Made by a program: the position numbers and the translations under genes. This document shows positions 30,989 through 42,305 of a stretch of DNA of 64,000 nucleotides, piece by piece. Position 1 is the stretch's first letter. Every line of letters starts with the position of its first letter. The DNA lies in NCBI GenBank assembly GCA_963841435.1, contig CAWJCS010000006.1, forward strand, positions 352,001-416,000, read 5' to 3'. This DNA comes from an uncultured delta proteobacterium. GTDB taxonomy: Bacteria > Myxococcota_A > Polyangia > Polyangiales > Polyangiaceae. A model generated the notes under the pieces. It worked only from the letters and a program-made list of their open reading frames with translations, had not been told where the DNA came from and did no database searches.

Positions 30989-32647
30989 ATGCTGCTCTCG
31001 CGTTTTTGGTACGTGCTGCTCGGCCTCCTGCTCGGCGGCGCCCTGTTCCTGCTCTCCATCGCCTCGAGCATGTACAACCGCTCGGGCCTCCGCGCGCGCG
31101 CCGAGGCGCTGTCCTCCGACGCGCAGGTCGTCTCCTGGTACCTGCGCGACGACGCGCGCCAGCGCGCGGCCCAGCTGATTCCGTTCGCGCTCGACGCCGA
31201 TATCGCGAAGAGCCTGCAACGCTCCACGGAGAGCGAAAACAAGGTCCCGAGCGACGTACGCGTGAAGCTCGCCGAAGCCCTGAAGAGGGTGAACGAGCAG
31301 ATCCCCAAGGAGCTCGCGTTCGACTCCGTGTTCGCCGTCGACCAGGAAGGCCGCGTCGTCGCCTACCTCGGCTACGTCCAGGCGAGTGGCCAGGAGGATT
31401 TCGAGCTCGGCGGTTACCCCGTCGTGGCCGACGCTCTGCATGGCTACGTTCGGGACGACACGCTCGTCCTCGATCGACCGTACCGGGTGGTCGCGCGCCC
31501 CGTGGAGTACGACCTCTCGAGCCTGCCGGCAGGTGCGATCGTCGGGGCGCGGGTCATCGACGACCACTTCGCGCGGGAGCTGTCGCAGCGTACGGGCGCC
31601 GCCGTCGCCTTCTACGCCAACGGCCAGCGCGCGGCGGCCGCAGCGCCGGAAGGCTTCGACACGGCGCAGCTCGATCAGATCATCGGGGATCTGGGCGATC
31701 TCCAGCAAGACAAGGAGTATCAGGAGAAGGGGCGGAGCGGTGTGCGCGAGATCGGCACGCTACTGAGCGTCCAGTACACCAAGCTCCCCGGCGAAGCCTG
31801 GCAGCTCGGTGCGGGCTACGCGGTCGCGCGCCTGCCAGCCGCCGTGTCCGGTCCCTTCGGGTTCTTCGCCAAGGCCGATGACAAGGACAAGCAGGCGGGC
31901 AATCTTTTCTTCGCGCTCGCCGTGGCGCTCGTGGGCGCGGGGCTCGGCATCGCCTTTAGCCTGCTCGAGCACACGCGTCCGCTTCGCATCTTCAAGGCCG
32001 AAGCCGAGCGCCTCGCGGCCGGCGTGATCGACCAGCTCACACCCAGCCGTTTCCGCGGCATTTATCGCAAGATCGCCTCCGATTTGAACGACGGCGTCGA
32101 CAAGCAGCTCGCGAAGGGCGGTGGCCCGCGGCGCGGCCCGGCGGATTTCAAGGAGGTGCTCGGCGACCTGCCGGATCAACCTCAGATGAGCGCGTTCAGT
32201 CTGCCGGGTGACGGCGCGGCGCCCTCGTCGGCATCCACGCAGGACTCAGGTCCGCTCCCGTCGCCTGCGGGGTCCCAGCCTCAGCGCTCCGCTCCCGGTC
32301 GGGTCCTGCCGAGCCCTCCCGGCACGCCGAAGCGTCCTCGCCCCTCGCCGCAGGCGCCGGCCGTCGCGCCCGCTCAGCTCGACGCGACGATGCCCGAGGG
32401 AGGGCTCACCGAGTGGGGTAGCGGTCAGCCGGACGAGGAGGAGTGGCGCGCCGTGTTCGCGGATTTCGTCGCGCTAAAGCAGCAGTGCGGCGAGAACGTC
32501 GACGGCTTCACCTACGAAAAATTCGAGGTCACGCTCCGCAAGAACCGCGACACGCTCGTGCAACGGCACGGCGCCCGGCGCGTGAGGTTCAGCGTGTACG
32601 TCAAGGAAGGCCGGGCCGCCCTCAAGGCGAACCCGATCAAGGAATAA
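30989..32647 (+). CDS. MXAN_5187-family membrane protein (TM-Cache-like-TM-HAMP-like, Pro linker, conserved C-terminal domain)
   Basis: Two TM segments; C-terminus YEKFEVTLRKNRDTL...VRFSVYVKEGRAALKA typical of this myxobacterial family. Confidence 0.75.
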   Translation: MLLSRFWYVLLGLLLGGALFLLSIASSMYNRSGLRARAEALSSDAQVVSWYLRDDARQRAAQLIPFALDADIAKSLQRSTESENKVPSDVRVKLAEALKRVNEQIPKELAFDSVFAVDQEGRVVAYLGYVQASGQEDFELGGYPVVADALHGYVRDDTLVLDRPYRVVARPVEYDLSSLPAGAIVGARVIDDHFARELSQRTGAAVAFYANGQRAAAAAPEGFDTAQLDQIIGDLGDLQQDKEYQEKGRSGVREIGTLLSVQYTKLPGEAWQLGAGYAVARLPAAVSGPFGFFAKADDKDKQAGNLFFALAVALVGAGLGIAFSLLEHTRPLRIFKAEAERLAAGVIDQLTPSRFRGIYRKIASDLNDGVDKQLAKGGGPRRGPADFKEVLGDLPDQPQMSAFSLPGDGAAPSSASTQDSGPLPSPAGSQPQRSAPGRVLPSPPGTPKRPRPSPQAPAVAPAQLDATMPEGGLTEWGSGQPDEEEWRAVFADFVALKQQCGENVDGFTYEKFEVTLRKNRDTLVQRHGARRVRFSVYVKEGRAALKANPIKE

Positions 32648-32654
32648 CGGCCCA

Positions 32655-33617
32655 ATGGCGGACCCCCGCATTCACAACGTGCTCATCATCGGCTCGGGCC
32701 CGGCCGGGCTCACGGCGGCGATCTACGCGGCCCGCGCGAACCTCGCGCCATTGTGCGTCGAGGGGTTCAACGCCGGAGGGCTCATCCCCGGCGGTCAGCT
32801 CATGTTCACTTCCGACGTCGAGAACTACCCGGGCTTCGAGAACGCCGTGAGTGGCCAGGAGCTGATGGGTGCCTTCCGCGCGCAGGCGGAGCGACAGGGT
32901 GCCGAGCTCGTCACGGCCGACGTGCAGAAGGTCGATCTGTCGTCGCGACCCTTCAAGGTGTGGGTGGGCGAGGACGAAAACGTGCTTCACCTCGCGAAGA
33001 CGCTCGTCATCGCCACGGGAGCCCGGGCGAACTACCTCGGGCTTCCCAACGAGGAAAAGCTCAAGAACAAGGGCGTGAGCGCGTGCGCCGTGTGCGACGG
33101 AGCGCTGTTCCGGGGCCAGGACGTGGCTGTGGTGGGGGGTGGTGACACGGCCATGGAGGAGGCGTCGTACCTTGCGGGCCTTTGCGGCAAGGTGACGCTG
33201 ATTCATCGTCGCGACGAGTTCCGCGCCTCCAGGGTGATGGCCGACCGCGTGCGCAACAATCCGAAGATCAATCTGCTGTTGAGCCACGCCGTCGAAGACG
33301 TGCTCGACGCGTCCAAGGACCACGTGAGCGCCATTCGCGTGCGCGACCTCAAGACCAGCGAGCTGAAGACGTTGTCGGTCGGTGCGATGTTCGTCGCCAT
33401 CGGCCACACGCCGCTCACCGAGCTCTTCAAGGGACAGCTCGCGACGCACCCGAACGGTTATCTCAAGGTCGAGCCGGGCACGACGCGCACGAGCGTGTCG
33501 GGCGTCTTCGCGGCGGGCGACGTGGCCGACTGGACGTACCGCCAGGCCGTGACGGCAGCCGGCACGGGCTGCATGGCTGCGCTCGACGCCGAGCGCTTCC
33601 TGCAAGCGGAGCATTGA
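32655..33617 (+). CDS. trxB: Thioredoxin reductase
   Basis: IIGSGPAGLTAAIY, GVSACAVCDG, GGGDTAMEEA, YRQAVTAAGTGC. Confidence 0.97.
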   Translation: MADPRIHNVLIIGSGPAGLTAAIYAARANLAPLCVEGFNAGGLIPGGQLMFTSDVENYPGFENAVSGQELMGAFRAQAERQGAELVTADVQKVDLSSRPFKVWVGEDENVLHLAKTLVIATGARANYLGLPNEEKLKNKGVSACAVCDGALFRGQDVAVVGGGDTAMEEASYLAGLCGKVTLIHRRDEFRASRVMADRVRNNPKINLLLSHAVEDVLDASKDHVSAIRVRDLKTSELKTLSVGAMFVAIGHTPLTELFKGQLATHPNGYLKVEPGTTRTSVSGVFAAGDVADWTYRQAVTAAGTGCMAALDAERFLQAEH

Positions 33618-33622
33618 GCGCC

Positions 33623-34507
33623 GTGAGCGAGGCGCCGGTTGACCCGCTCGCCGAGCTCACCGAGCTGACCCGCGCTCTCCGCGCCCACGCCGAATGGCTG
33701 CTCGCGACCGGCGCCGCCGGGCTCGAGCGCGCCGCGCCATCGGCCGCGACCGAGCTCAATCGGCCGGATCCCGAGCCGCCTTCGGGCTCGCTTGGACGCG
33801 CGGCCTCGCCACGGCGGCCGAGCCACCCGCCCGCGAGCGCCGCCGCAGCACCGCCCGCGGTCGCGTTCCCTCCAGTCGCCCAGGATCCGTCGCCGCCTCC
33901 GGCGGCCCGCGTGGCGCCGCTGCCGCCCGAGGAGCGCCGTCGTCGCCTCGACGTGCTGGCCGAGACCGTGCGCGGCTGCACGCGCTGCCCGCTCGCACCC
34001 GGTCGCACGCAGACCGTGTTCGCACGCGGTACGGGTGACGCGGGGCTGTGCTTCGTGGGGGAGGGGCCCGGTGCCGACGAGGATGCTCAGGGCTACCCGT
34101 TCGTCGGCAAGGCCGGTCAGCTGCTCGATCGCATGATCGCCGCGATGGGCCTTTTGCGCGACGACGTCTACGTCTGCAACATCGTGAAGTGTCGCCCGCC
34201 GAACAATCGCAAGCCCGAGCCCGAGGAGATGGCGGCGTGCATGCCGTATCTCCGTGAGCAACTCGAGATCGTCGCGCCGCAAGTGATCGTCGCGCTGGGA
34301 GCCACGGCAGTGCAGGGCCTGTTCGGCACGAGCGAGGGCATCACGCGCCTGCGCGGGCGCTGGAAGCTGTACGGCGGTGAGATCCCAGTGATGCCCACGT
34401 TTCACCCCGCGTACCTGCTTCGCAGCCCCGCCGCGAAGAAGGACGTGTGGGACGACCTGCAAGCCGTGCTCCGCCACATGGGTCGCCCGGTCCCCCCGCG
34501 GCGCTGA
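33623..34507 (+). CDS. Uracil-DNA glycosylase, family 4 (Fe-S)
   Basis: CTRCPL, VGEGPG, PFVGKAG, VKCRPPNNR, TFHPAYLLR. Confidence 0.93.
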   Translation: MSEAPVDPLAELTELTRALRAHAEWLLATGAAGLERAAPSAATELNRPDPEPPSGSLGRAASPRRPSHPPASAAAAPPAVAFPPVAQDPSPPPAARVAPLPPEERRRRLDVLAETVRGCTRCPLAPGRTQTVFARGTGDAGLCFVGEGPGADEDAQGYPFVGKAGQLLDRMIAAMGLLRDDVYVCNIVKCRPPNNRKPEPEEMAACMPYLREQLEIVAPQVIVALGATAVQGLFGTSEGITRLRGRWKLYGGEIPVMPTFHPAYLLRSPAAKKDVWDDLQAVLRHMGRPVPPRR

Positions 34508-34579
34508 GCCCGGCGCCTCGCCGCGCCCTCCGTGCGCTCGACTCGAGAAGGCTCGGGCGGCTCGTGATAGCGTTCTCGC

Positions 34580-35338
34580 GTGCAAATCTCGATTGTGAAT
34601 CGCACGCGGGGTGCCCTCACCGACGAGAAGCTCCTAGAGGTGATCCGCGCGATCAACCGTCAGGTGGAGCGCGACTTCGCTCCCTACTGGGACATGGGAG
34701 CGACGCTCCGGCTCGAGGGCGCCGTCGGGCGCCGCACGCTGAAGCACCTCGCCGAGCTTCGCGGCGACGCCGTAATCTACGTCGAGCAATCGATGCCGAA
34801 GGGCGAATACGACGGGTTCCACGAGGCGAACGCCGCCGGCATTCCTTACGGCGTCGTTCAGGTCGACCTCGCCAAGGAGCTGGAAGAGCCCTGGTCCGTC
34901 ACGCTCTCGCACGAAGTGCTCGAGCTCATCGCCGATCCGCAGTCCAACCTGCTCGTGCCGGGGCCCGAGCCCGGGACGAGGCGTCGCGTGCTCTTCTGGT
35001 ACGAGGTTTGCGATGCCGTGCAGACCGAGACCTACGCCATCGACGGCATCGAGGTCTCGAACTTCGTCCTGCCGCTCTATTTCACCGAGGGCCAGGAGAT
35101 CGGCGGGCGGAACGACTTTCTGGGTCGCCGGCACGACGGCGAGATGTTGCGCTCCTTCGGCGTGAATCCCGGTGGGTACGTCGGGTACCTCGTCCCGAGA
35201 ACGGGCAAGGACCACGTTTACGAGCCCGACGACCTCGCGCGCCGCCGCCGTACCGTAAAGGCGAAGGCCAAACGCACGCGCCGTTCGGCGCGCTACGCCA
35301 AGCTGCTCAAAGCGACGCGCTCGACGCGGCGCTCCTAG
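34580..35338 (+). CDS. Hypothetical putative metallohydrolase (HExxE...DP motif)
   Basis: GFHE, SVTLSHEVLELIADP, YEVCDAVQ, VSNFVLP; highly basic C-terminus. Confidence 0.7.
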   Translation: MQISIVNRTRGALTDEKLLEVIRAINRQVERDFAPYWDMGATLRLEGAVGRRTLKHLAELRGDAVIYVEQSMPKGEYDGFHEANAAGIPYGVVQVDLAKELEEPWSVTLSHEVLELIADPQSNLLVPGPEPGTRRRVLFWYEVCDAVQTETYAIDGIEVSNFVLPLYFTEGQEIGGRNDFLGRRHDGEMLRSFGVNPGGYVGYLVPRTGKDHVYEPDDLARRRRTVKAKAKRTRRSARYAKLLKATRSTRRS

Positions 35339-35410
35339 CCTCGCCCCGTCGAACTGGAGCCTGGCTTCCGGCGCCTCGATCCGGGCGGCGGCGGCCTCGG
35401 CCGCGCGGGC

Positions 35411-37285
35411 TCAGAGCCCGATCTCGAACCCGAGCGACGGCTGGATCACGAAGCCGCTCGCCGGCAGCATGTACATGAAGTTCGCGTTGATGAGGATGCC
35501 CATGTTGTCCTTGAACGCAATCATGCCGCCCACGGACGCGGTCGCGAACCCCTGGCCCATCTTCTTCCAGCCGTCGACGGGGACCTGCTTGTAGTACCGG
35601 TAGTTGTAGTAGCCCTTGCCGAATTTACACTGCTGAAAGGGCGTGTATGTCTTCTCCGGGTTCGAGCCCGGCACCGTGTAGCTCAACGCCTGTTCGGGGT
35701 GCGCGTTGAGATCCGCGTTCACGCCGGCGTCGTTGCAGTCGTACTCGGGGATGCTGACCTTGGCGTCAACCTGCGCCATGCCGCCACCGAGCGACACGTA
35801 CGCTCGCAAGAATTTCTTCGTGAGGGGCAAGAACCAGAAGGTGCCGTGCACCTCGAGGTGGAACGGGAGAAAGGCGGTGCCACCCACGCCCTTCGAGTGT
35901 GGCGACGGTTGCCCGCTCCCAGCGACGTAGCCCTTGATCCCCTGGCCAGCCGGCGGGCCACCCCCGAAGGCGTAGCCGACGCGGCCGCCGAGGCTCAGGA
36001 TAGGCAAGAACGCCCGATCGTAGGAGAGCAAGAGGCGCTGCGTCGCGAGCACCATGCCCTGCTGGATACCGTCGCGGTACGGAAACGGGGTGCGCACGAA
36101 GGGCTCGTCGGAAGTCCCCTCGTAAAAGCACGCGTAGTTCTCGTTGGCTTGGCCGAGTGTCGGATCACAGACGTTGTTGCCGCCGACGATCGCGAAATCT
36201 TGCGCGAAGTGCAGGCCGAGCCAGTTCTTCTTGTACGGGCCTGCCGCGCTCGACGTGCCGGCGCCAGCCGGCAGATCGCACTTTCCCGACTTGCAGTAGC
36301 CGGTCGCGCAATCGTCGTTGCTCTCGCAGCTCGGCGCTGTCTCGCAGGTGCCGTCCTGGCAGAGCAGGCCGCATTTGCATTGCACCGAGTTGTCGCACGA
36401 GGCGCCCCAGTCCTTTTCGCCGCGACCTTCGCATTCGGAATTGCCGCTCGAGCAACCGGGAAAGTCCGGAGGGCACTCGCCCGCCGCCTGGCAGCGCGCG
36501 GGAGCTTCCTCGCCGTCGAAGGCCGGAGGCTCTTCCTGGACTCCTTCCGCGAGCTGAAACTCGTTCGGCTGCTGCTTGCTGCCCCAGCTGTCGACCTGCT
36601 CCCCCTGACGGTCCTTGGCCCGCACGTAGACGCGCAGGGTGCCGGCGATGCCCGTCGCCGTGCAGGGAATCGTCGCGCGGAACGCGTCGCCTTTCTTCTG
36701 CATTGCGAGGGTTTTCCAGGTATCGGACCCGAACGACTTGTACTTGACCTCCATGGTCGCGACTTCTTCGTCGCTCTGGCACTGCATGGGGATCGCGCGT
36801 CGCGTTTCGATCTCCGTGACGCTCGGCGTGCAATCCATCCCGCCGCCGCTCGGCGCCGACTCGACGGGCTCGGCTTCCGGCGGCTCCTCCGACGCGACCG
36901 CCGCGCCCCCACCCACGACGGCGGCGAACGTCGCCTGCGTCTCGGGGGTCGCGAGCACCATGTCGAGCTTCACGTTCGGGTCCGCAGCGGCGGCCTTCTG
37001 GAACGCCTCTTTCGCGCCCGGTTGGTTGTTCTTGCCGCTGCCCCGCACGATCCCGACGTACATCCAGGCGCGGCCGAACACCTGGGGGCTACACTTGTCG
37101 CCGCACGCATTGATGGTGCCCAGCAAAACGCCCTCGGCCTTCTCGAAGTCCGTGGCCACGTAGTGCAGGTTGATCGCTTCGTCGATCTTCTTGTTCGCCG
37201 CGTTGTCGCGCGTGTATTGCGCCTTGAGCGGCAAAGCGACGAGAACCAAGCAAGCGATCGAGAGCAACCGGAACAGTCGGTACAA
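35411..37285 (-). CDS. Secreted/outer-membrane protein: helical N-terminus, Ig-like domain, Cys-rich region, C-terminal beta-barrel-like domain
   Basis: Signal peptide (LPLKA); Cys clusters; alternating aromatic strands ending PSLGFEIGL. Confidence 0.75.
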   Translation of the reverse strand: MYRLFRLLSIACLVLVALPLKAQYTRDNAANKKIDEAINLHYVATDFEKAEGVLLGTINACGDKCSPQVFGRAWMYVGIVRGSGKNNQPGAKEAFQKAAAADPNVKLDMVLATPETQATFAAVVGGGAAVASEEPPEAEPVESAPSGGGMDCTPSVTEIETRRAIPMQCQSDEEVATMEVKYKSFGSDTWKTLAMQKKGDAFRATIPCTATGIAGTLRVYVRAKDRQGEQVDSWGSKQQPNEFQLAEGVQEEPPAFDGEEAPARCQAAGECPPDFPGCSSGNSECEGRGEKDWGASCDNSVQCKCGLLCQDGTCETAPSCESNDDCATGYCKSGKCDLPAGAGTSSAAGPYKKNWLGLHFAQDFAIVGGNNVCDPTLGQANENYACFYEGTSDEPFVRTPFPYRDGIQQGMVLATQRLLLSYDRAFLPILSLGGRVGYAFGGGPPAGQGIKGYVAGSGQPSPHSKGVGGTAFLPFHLEVHGTFWFLPLTKKFLRAYVSLGGGMAQVDAKVSIPEYDCNDAGVNADLNAHPEQALSYTVPGSNPEKTYTPFQQCKFGKGYYNYRYYKQVPVDGWKKMGQGFATASVGGMIAFKDNMGILINANFMYMLPASGFVIQPSLGFEIGL

Positions 37286-37361
37286 GAGTCCTCCAGAGGG
37301 AGTCGGGGCCGGGCGCGAGCCTAGCGCGACTTTTCGCCCGAGGCTCGTGACGCGGCCGGCA

Positions 37362-38389
<1,028 letters not shown>

Positions 38390-38393
<4 letters not shown>

Positions 38394-38725
38394 CGACCCG
38401 CTCCCCGCCGCGCTTCACGTGAGAGCTGGATGGCCTTGTCCGCGTACTCCTCGCCAATCCCCGCGAGCTCGATCGCGTCGCCGTAGTCTCCTTCGGAGGC
38501 TTCGCTCTGGGCCTTGTCGATGTGCTGCAAGGCGAACCAGTACTCGTAGGGCGCGTACTCTTCGGCGCCGAGCTCGTGTGCTTCCTCGAGCTTGGAGGAC
38601 GCGGAGTTCACCTGGATCGCGTAGAGCGTGTTGCCGCAACCTGTGCTCAAGAACGGCAGCGCCGCGAGAGCCAAGACAGGCAGCACCTGAAAGCGGCGCT
38701 TGCTCGTGGTAGGCGGGGTGGGCAT
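38390..38725 (-). CDS. DUF4398 lipoprotein
   Basis: Lipobox STGC; AHELGAEEYAPYEY...A...KA; ATGA-coupled to the OmpA gene. Confidence 0.82.
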
Positions 38726-38763
38726 CTTGGGAGCGAACCTAGCGCGTCGCGTTTTCAGCGCGA

Positions 38764-38793
38764 ACGCTAGCAATTCGGCTAAGTTTCCGTCAA
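38764..38793 (-). promoter_or_regulatory. Sigma70-type promoter of DUF4398-ompA
   Basis: Minus strand TTGACG-18 bp-TAGCGT in an AT-richer patch. Confidence 0.5.
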
Positions 38794-38926
38794 CCACGGC
38801 GTTCTCTTGGAGCCGGGCGACGCGCGCTTTTTCTCGCCTCGCCACCTCGCTCCCGCGCTTTCCCCCATAATCGAGGGCCGGACCCCACCCTGGAGCGCCC
38901 CGTTTGGCGGTGCCGGGGGCACCCCC

Positions 38927-39571
38927 TCAGATCCGCCGGTACACGCCCACGACCTTGCCGAGGAGCATGGTCGACTTGAAATCGGTCGCCCGGACCAGAA
39001 TTGGGGCCATCTTGGCGTTCGCGGGCTGAAAGCGCACGTAGTCGCGCTCCGGGTAGAAGTACTTCACGGTGGCCTCGTCGCCGATCAGCGCGACGACGAT
39101 GTCGCCTCGCTCGGCCACGGCCTGCTTGCGCACGAAGATGTAGTCGCCGCCCAGGATCCCGGCCTCGATCATCGAATCGCCCGTGACCCGCAGGCCGAAG
39201 ATCTCTCGGCCCCCGCGGATCAGCATGCGGTCGACCCTCACGGTATCGACCACGTTCTCCTCGGCGAGCAGGGGCAGGCCGGCGGCCACCCGACCGAGCA
39301 CGGGGACATCGATAATGTCCTCCTCGGTGAGCGGAGCGCGGGCGCTGACCGGCATGTTGTCTTCCACCAGCTTCAAGGCACGGCTCTTCATGTCCTCGCG
39401 GCGAAGGTAGCCCTTGCGCTCCAGCGCCCGCAGGTGGTCGTTCACCCCGTTGGTCGACCGGATCCCCATGTGCTCGCCGATTTCGCGAAGTGTGGGGGGA
39501 TACCCCCGGTCCTCGATGGACTTTCGAATGAAATCGAGCGTCTGCTCCTGGCGCTGCGTCAGGCCCTGCAT
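38927..39571 (-). CDS. lexA: SOS repressor LexA
   Basis: [23 protein letters not shown] cleavage site; GDSM (Ser); ATVK (Lys). Confidence 0.96.
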   Translation of the reverse strand: MQGLTQRQEQTLDFIRKSIEDRGYPPTLREIGEHMGIRSTNGVNDHLRALERKGYLRREDMKSRALKLVEDNMPVSARAPLTEEDIIDVPVLGRVAAGLPLLAEENVVDTVRVDRMLIRGGREIFGLRVTGDSMIEAGILGGDYIFVRKQAVAERGDIVVALIGDEATVKYFYPERDYVRFQPANAKMAPILVRATDFKSTMLLGKVVGVYRRI

Positions 39572-39583
39572 GGTTCTCGGGGC

Positions 39584-39612
39584 AGCGTACTGAACGGGTG
39601 TTACGAAGTCAA
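39584..39612 (-). promoter_or_regulatory. lexA sigma70 promoter with probable LexA operator in the spacer
   Basis: TTGACT-17 bp-TACGCT. The spacer contains CGTAACACCCGTTCAGT, resembling the myxobacterial CTRHAMRYBYGTTCAGS box. Confidence 0.7.
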
Positions 39613-39750
39613 ACTTTCCGTGGCAGACGTTTAGGTAGGCAAGCTCGCGCGTCGCGGCGAGCCGGCCCCGCGCCCGGTCCACCGACGGCGCCCGCCGTGA
39701 CACCGGTGCGCCAGCCGCGCCCGGGGGGCCTCGCCCATGGGCGTCGCCGC

Positions 39751-40215
39751 TCAGAACTTGCCGCTCACCGAGAGGAACGTGAGCTTGTCGTTCGTCTCGC
39801 GGAGGCGCGTCACGAGCATGCGGACGATGCTCCAGAGCACCTCGTACGCGAGGTCCTTGTGCAAAAAGAGCAGGTCGTCGAAGCCGTCCTTCGCGATCGC
39901 GAGCAGGCGGCAGCGTTCATGGACCCGGGCGTCCGCGGAGCGAGGCGACTCGTCGAGCAGCGCCATTTCACCGAAGACCTGCCCGGGCCCGAGCACGGCG
40001 AGCGCTTCCTCTCCCATGCCGGGCACCTCGCGGCTGATCCGCACCTTGCCTTCGAGGATGAGGTAGAGCTTGTCGCCCGCGTCGCCGTGCTGGAAAATCT
40101 TGGTGCCGAGCGCGTGGGTTTCCTCGGCGGCCACCTTGGCGATGAGCTCGAGCGCCGCGGGCTTGAGCCCCGAGAAGAGGTCGACCCTGGCGAGCTGCTC
40201 CAGGTGGTTTTCCAT
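39751..40215 (-). CDS. Stand-alone cyclic nucleotide-binding domain protein
   Basis: [35 protein letters not shown]; no HTH. Confidence 0.92.
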   Translation of the reverse strand: MENHLEQLARVDLFSGLKPAALELIAKVAAEETHALGTKIFQHGDAGDKLYLILEGKVRISREVPGMGEEALAVLGPGQVFGEMALLDESPRSADARVHERCRLLAIAKDGFDDLLFLHKDLAYEVLWSIVRMLVTRLRETNDKLTFLSVSGKF

Positions 40216-40304
40216 CTAAGCTCGAGATGCTATCCCGGAACGCCGGCCTTTCCCAGGCGTTCCCTTGGTGTTCCCTCGTTTTCGAGCGAGGGCCGGTCCT
40301 CGAG

Positions 40305-41172
40305 TCAACGCGTGAACTTGATGACGAAGGGTGGCATGCTGCGCTCTGCAGGGCGACCCATGGTGTCGAGTGGCGGGTCGAACACCTTGGTCTTCGCGCA
40401 GCGCTCTGCCCGCGCGCCGAAGCCGTAGCCCGGCGGGCTCTCGCTGAGCACGACGGCGGACTTCACGCGGCCCGTCGCCGTGATCGTGAGGGCGATCTGC
40501 ACCTTGGCGAGGTTGATGCCCTCTGGATCGGCCGCCGGCGGGAAGCCGCAGCTCTGCCAGTCCACCGAGCCTGGCGGGGGCAACCGCGACCGATCGACGC
40601 TCGGTGCGGGCGGCGCGACGACGCGCGGCGCCGTGCCCGTGCCCGTGGGCGAGGCCTGGGCCGTACGGACGGCCTTCTTGCCGGTGCCGGTGCTCGCCGT
40701 GACTCCGCCTGCGAAGCGCTCGCTGGTGCCGCTCACGAAGCCCTCACCCGTGAGGTCGACGGGCTCGTCGGGGTCGGGCTCGGCCGTGAGCACCTTGCCG
40801 GCTTCGGCGGCGGCGGGAGGGGGCGCGCCCGCGGGGGGCGGGGGCGCGGCGCGAGTTTGCGCGGGGGGCGGCGGCTCTTTTTCCGGCTCCGGCTCGGGGA
40901 CCGGCGGCGGCGGCGCGGGCGGCGTCGAAATCGATGTCCACCTGCGAATGCAGTCGGTCGTGCACGTCCTCACGGACCGAGCGGGCGAGCTCGGCGAGGT
41001 AGGGCAGGGAACGCATGGCCCGCGCCCCGGCCGTGCCGTGCGCGCCGAGCGCGATGGCCAGGCCGATGGTGAGTGCGAGCGGCCCTCGCCGGTCCAGCGC
41101 CAGCACCCGAGCGAGCGGTTCGACGGGGGCGTCGTCGCTCCCCGCTGCCGGGGCCCTGGATGGCGCGTTCAT
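40305..41172 (-). CDS. TonB-like energy transducer (+1 frameshift near 40930)
   Basis: N-terminal TM with His (LGAHG) in 40744..41172; Pro-rich linker and TonB_C-like domain in 40305..40973; follows exbB-exbD. Confidence 0.8.
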
Positions 41173-41178
41173 CGTCGC

Positions 41179-41616
41179 TCAGTGCGGTGCTTCCACCGGC
41201 ACGCCCTCCTGGTTCGGGCTCACGGCAAAAGCAATCTTGGCAATGCCCGCGCGCTTCAAGAGGTCGAGCACGTGGATGACCCGACCGTGCTCCACCTTCT
41301 TGTCCGCGCGGATCACCGCGCGCAGATCCTTGTTGCGATTGTGTGCGGTCTTGGCAAGGCCCGAGATGGCATCGTCGTTGGCGACCTGCTCCGAATCCAC
41401 GCGCGTGCGCCCGTCGAGGCTGAGCTCGACGGAAAAGATCGTCTGCACCGACTCACCGCTCGCCGCCTTCGGCAGATCCATGGGCATGCCTTGCGAGACG
41501 ATGATCTTCGCCGTGACCATGAAGATGATGAGCAGCACCAGCGTCACGTCGACGAGCGGCGTCACGTTGATGCCCGCGATCAAGCCGTCGTCGTCGTTCT
41601 GGTTGCCGCCCGCCAT
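41179..41616 (-). CDS. exbD: ExbD/TolR family protein
   Basis: INVTPLVDVTLVLLIIFMVT, IRADKKV. Confidence 0.93.
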   Translation of the reverse strand: MAGGNQNDDDGLIAGINVTPLVDVTLVLLIIFMVTAKIIVSQGMPMDLPKAASGESVQTIFSVELSLDGRTRVDSEQVANDDAISGLAKTAHNRNKDLRAVIRADKKVEHGRVIHVLDLLKRAGIAKIAFAVSPNQEGVPVEAPH

Positions 41617-41618
41617 GG

Positions 41619-42305
41619 TCAGTCCTCTTTGTCGCCGCGGGGCGTGCTCTTGGGCTCGCCCACGAGGTAGGAGAGGAGTACGTGGCTCAGCGCGTCGGTG
41701 TTCGCAAGAATGGTCCGCGACGCGCGCTGATAGTAGTTGTACATGGCGACCGCGGGGATCGCGACCGCGAGGCCAACGGCCGTCGCCACGAGCGCCTCGG
41801 CGATGGCCGCCATGACCTCCGTGGGAGCGGAGAAGGCCGCGTCCTTGGCGGCGATGGCCGTCGGCTTCTTGCCGAGCGCCTCGAACGCCTGCACGACGCC
41901 GATGACGGTGCCGAACAGCCCGATGAAGGGGGCGTTGTTGCCGAGCGTGCCGAGGAACGCGAGCCGTCGCTCGAGCTTCATGCGCTGGAGCGCCTGCGCC
42001 CCCTGCATGGCTTCCTCCGCGGCGCGGGCGCCGCGATCGGCCTCGAGCATGCCTGCGACGACCACGGCGGCTTCGGCGCTCGGCGATTGCTCGAGCAGCT
42101 TCTGCGCGCCCTCCATGTCGTCGTTGCGAAGCCGGTCACGCAGGTCGCGTGCGAGGCGCCCGATGTCGTCGCGCAGCGACCAGTAGAACCAACCGCGCTC
42201 GAGCATGATCGCCACCGATATGACGCTCAGGCCGATCAAGAGCCACATGACCCACCCCGCGCCGAAGTTGGTCATCAAGTGTTGGAGCCATTCCACCAGG
42301 TTCAT
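41619..42305 (-). CDS. exbB: MotA/TolQ/ExbB proton channel protein
   Basis: LGTLGNNAPFIGLFGTVIG, IAEALVATAVGLAVAIPA. Confidence 0.93.
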   Translation of the reverse strand: MNLVEWLQHLMTNFGAGWVMWLLIGLSVISVAIMLERGWFYWSLRDDIGRLARDLRDRLRNDDMEGAQKLLEQSPSAEAAVVVAGMLEADRGARAAEEAMQGAQALQRMKLERRLAFLGTLGNNAPFIGLFGTVIGVVQAFEALGKKPTAIAAKDAAFSAPTEVMAAIAEALVATAVGLAVAIPAVAMYNYYQRASRTILANTDALSHVLLSYLVGEPKSTPRGDKED

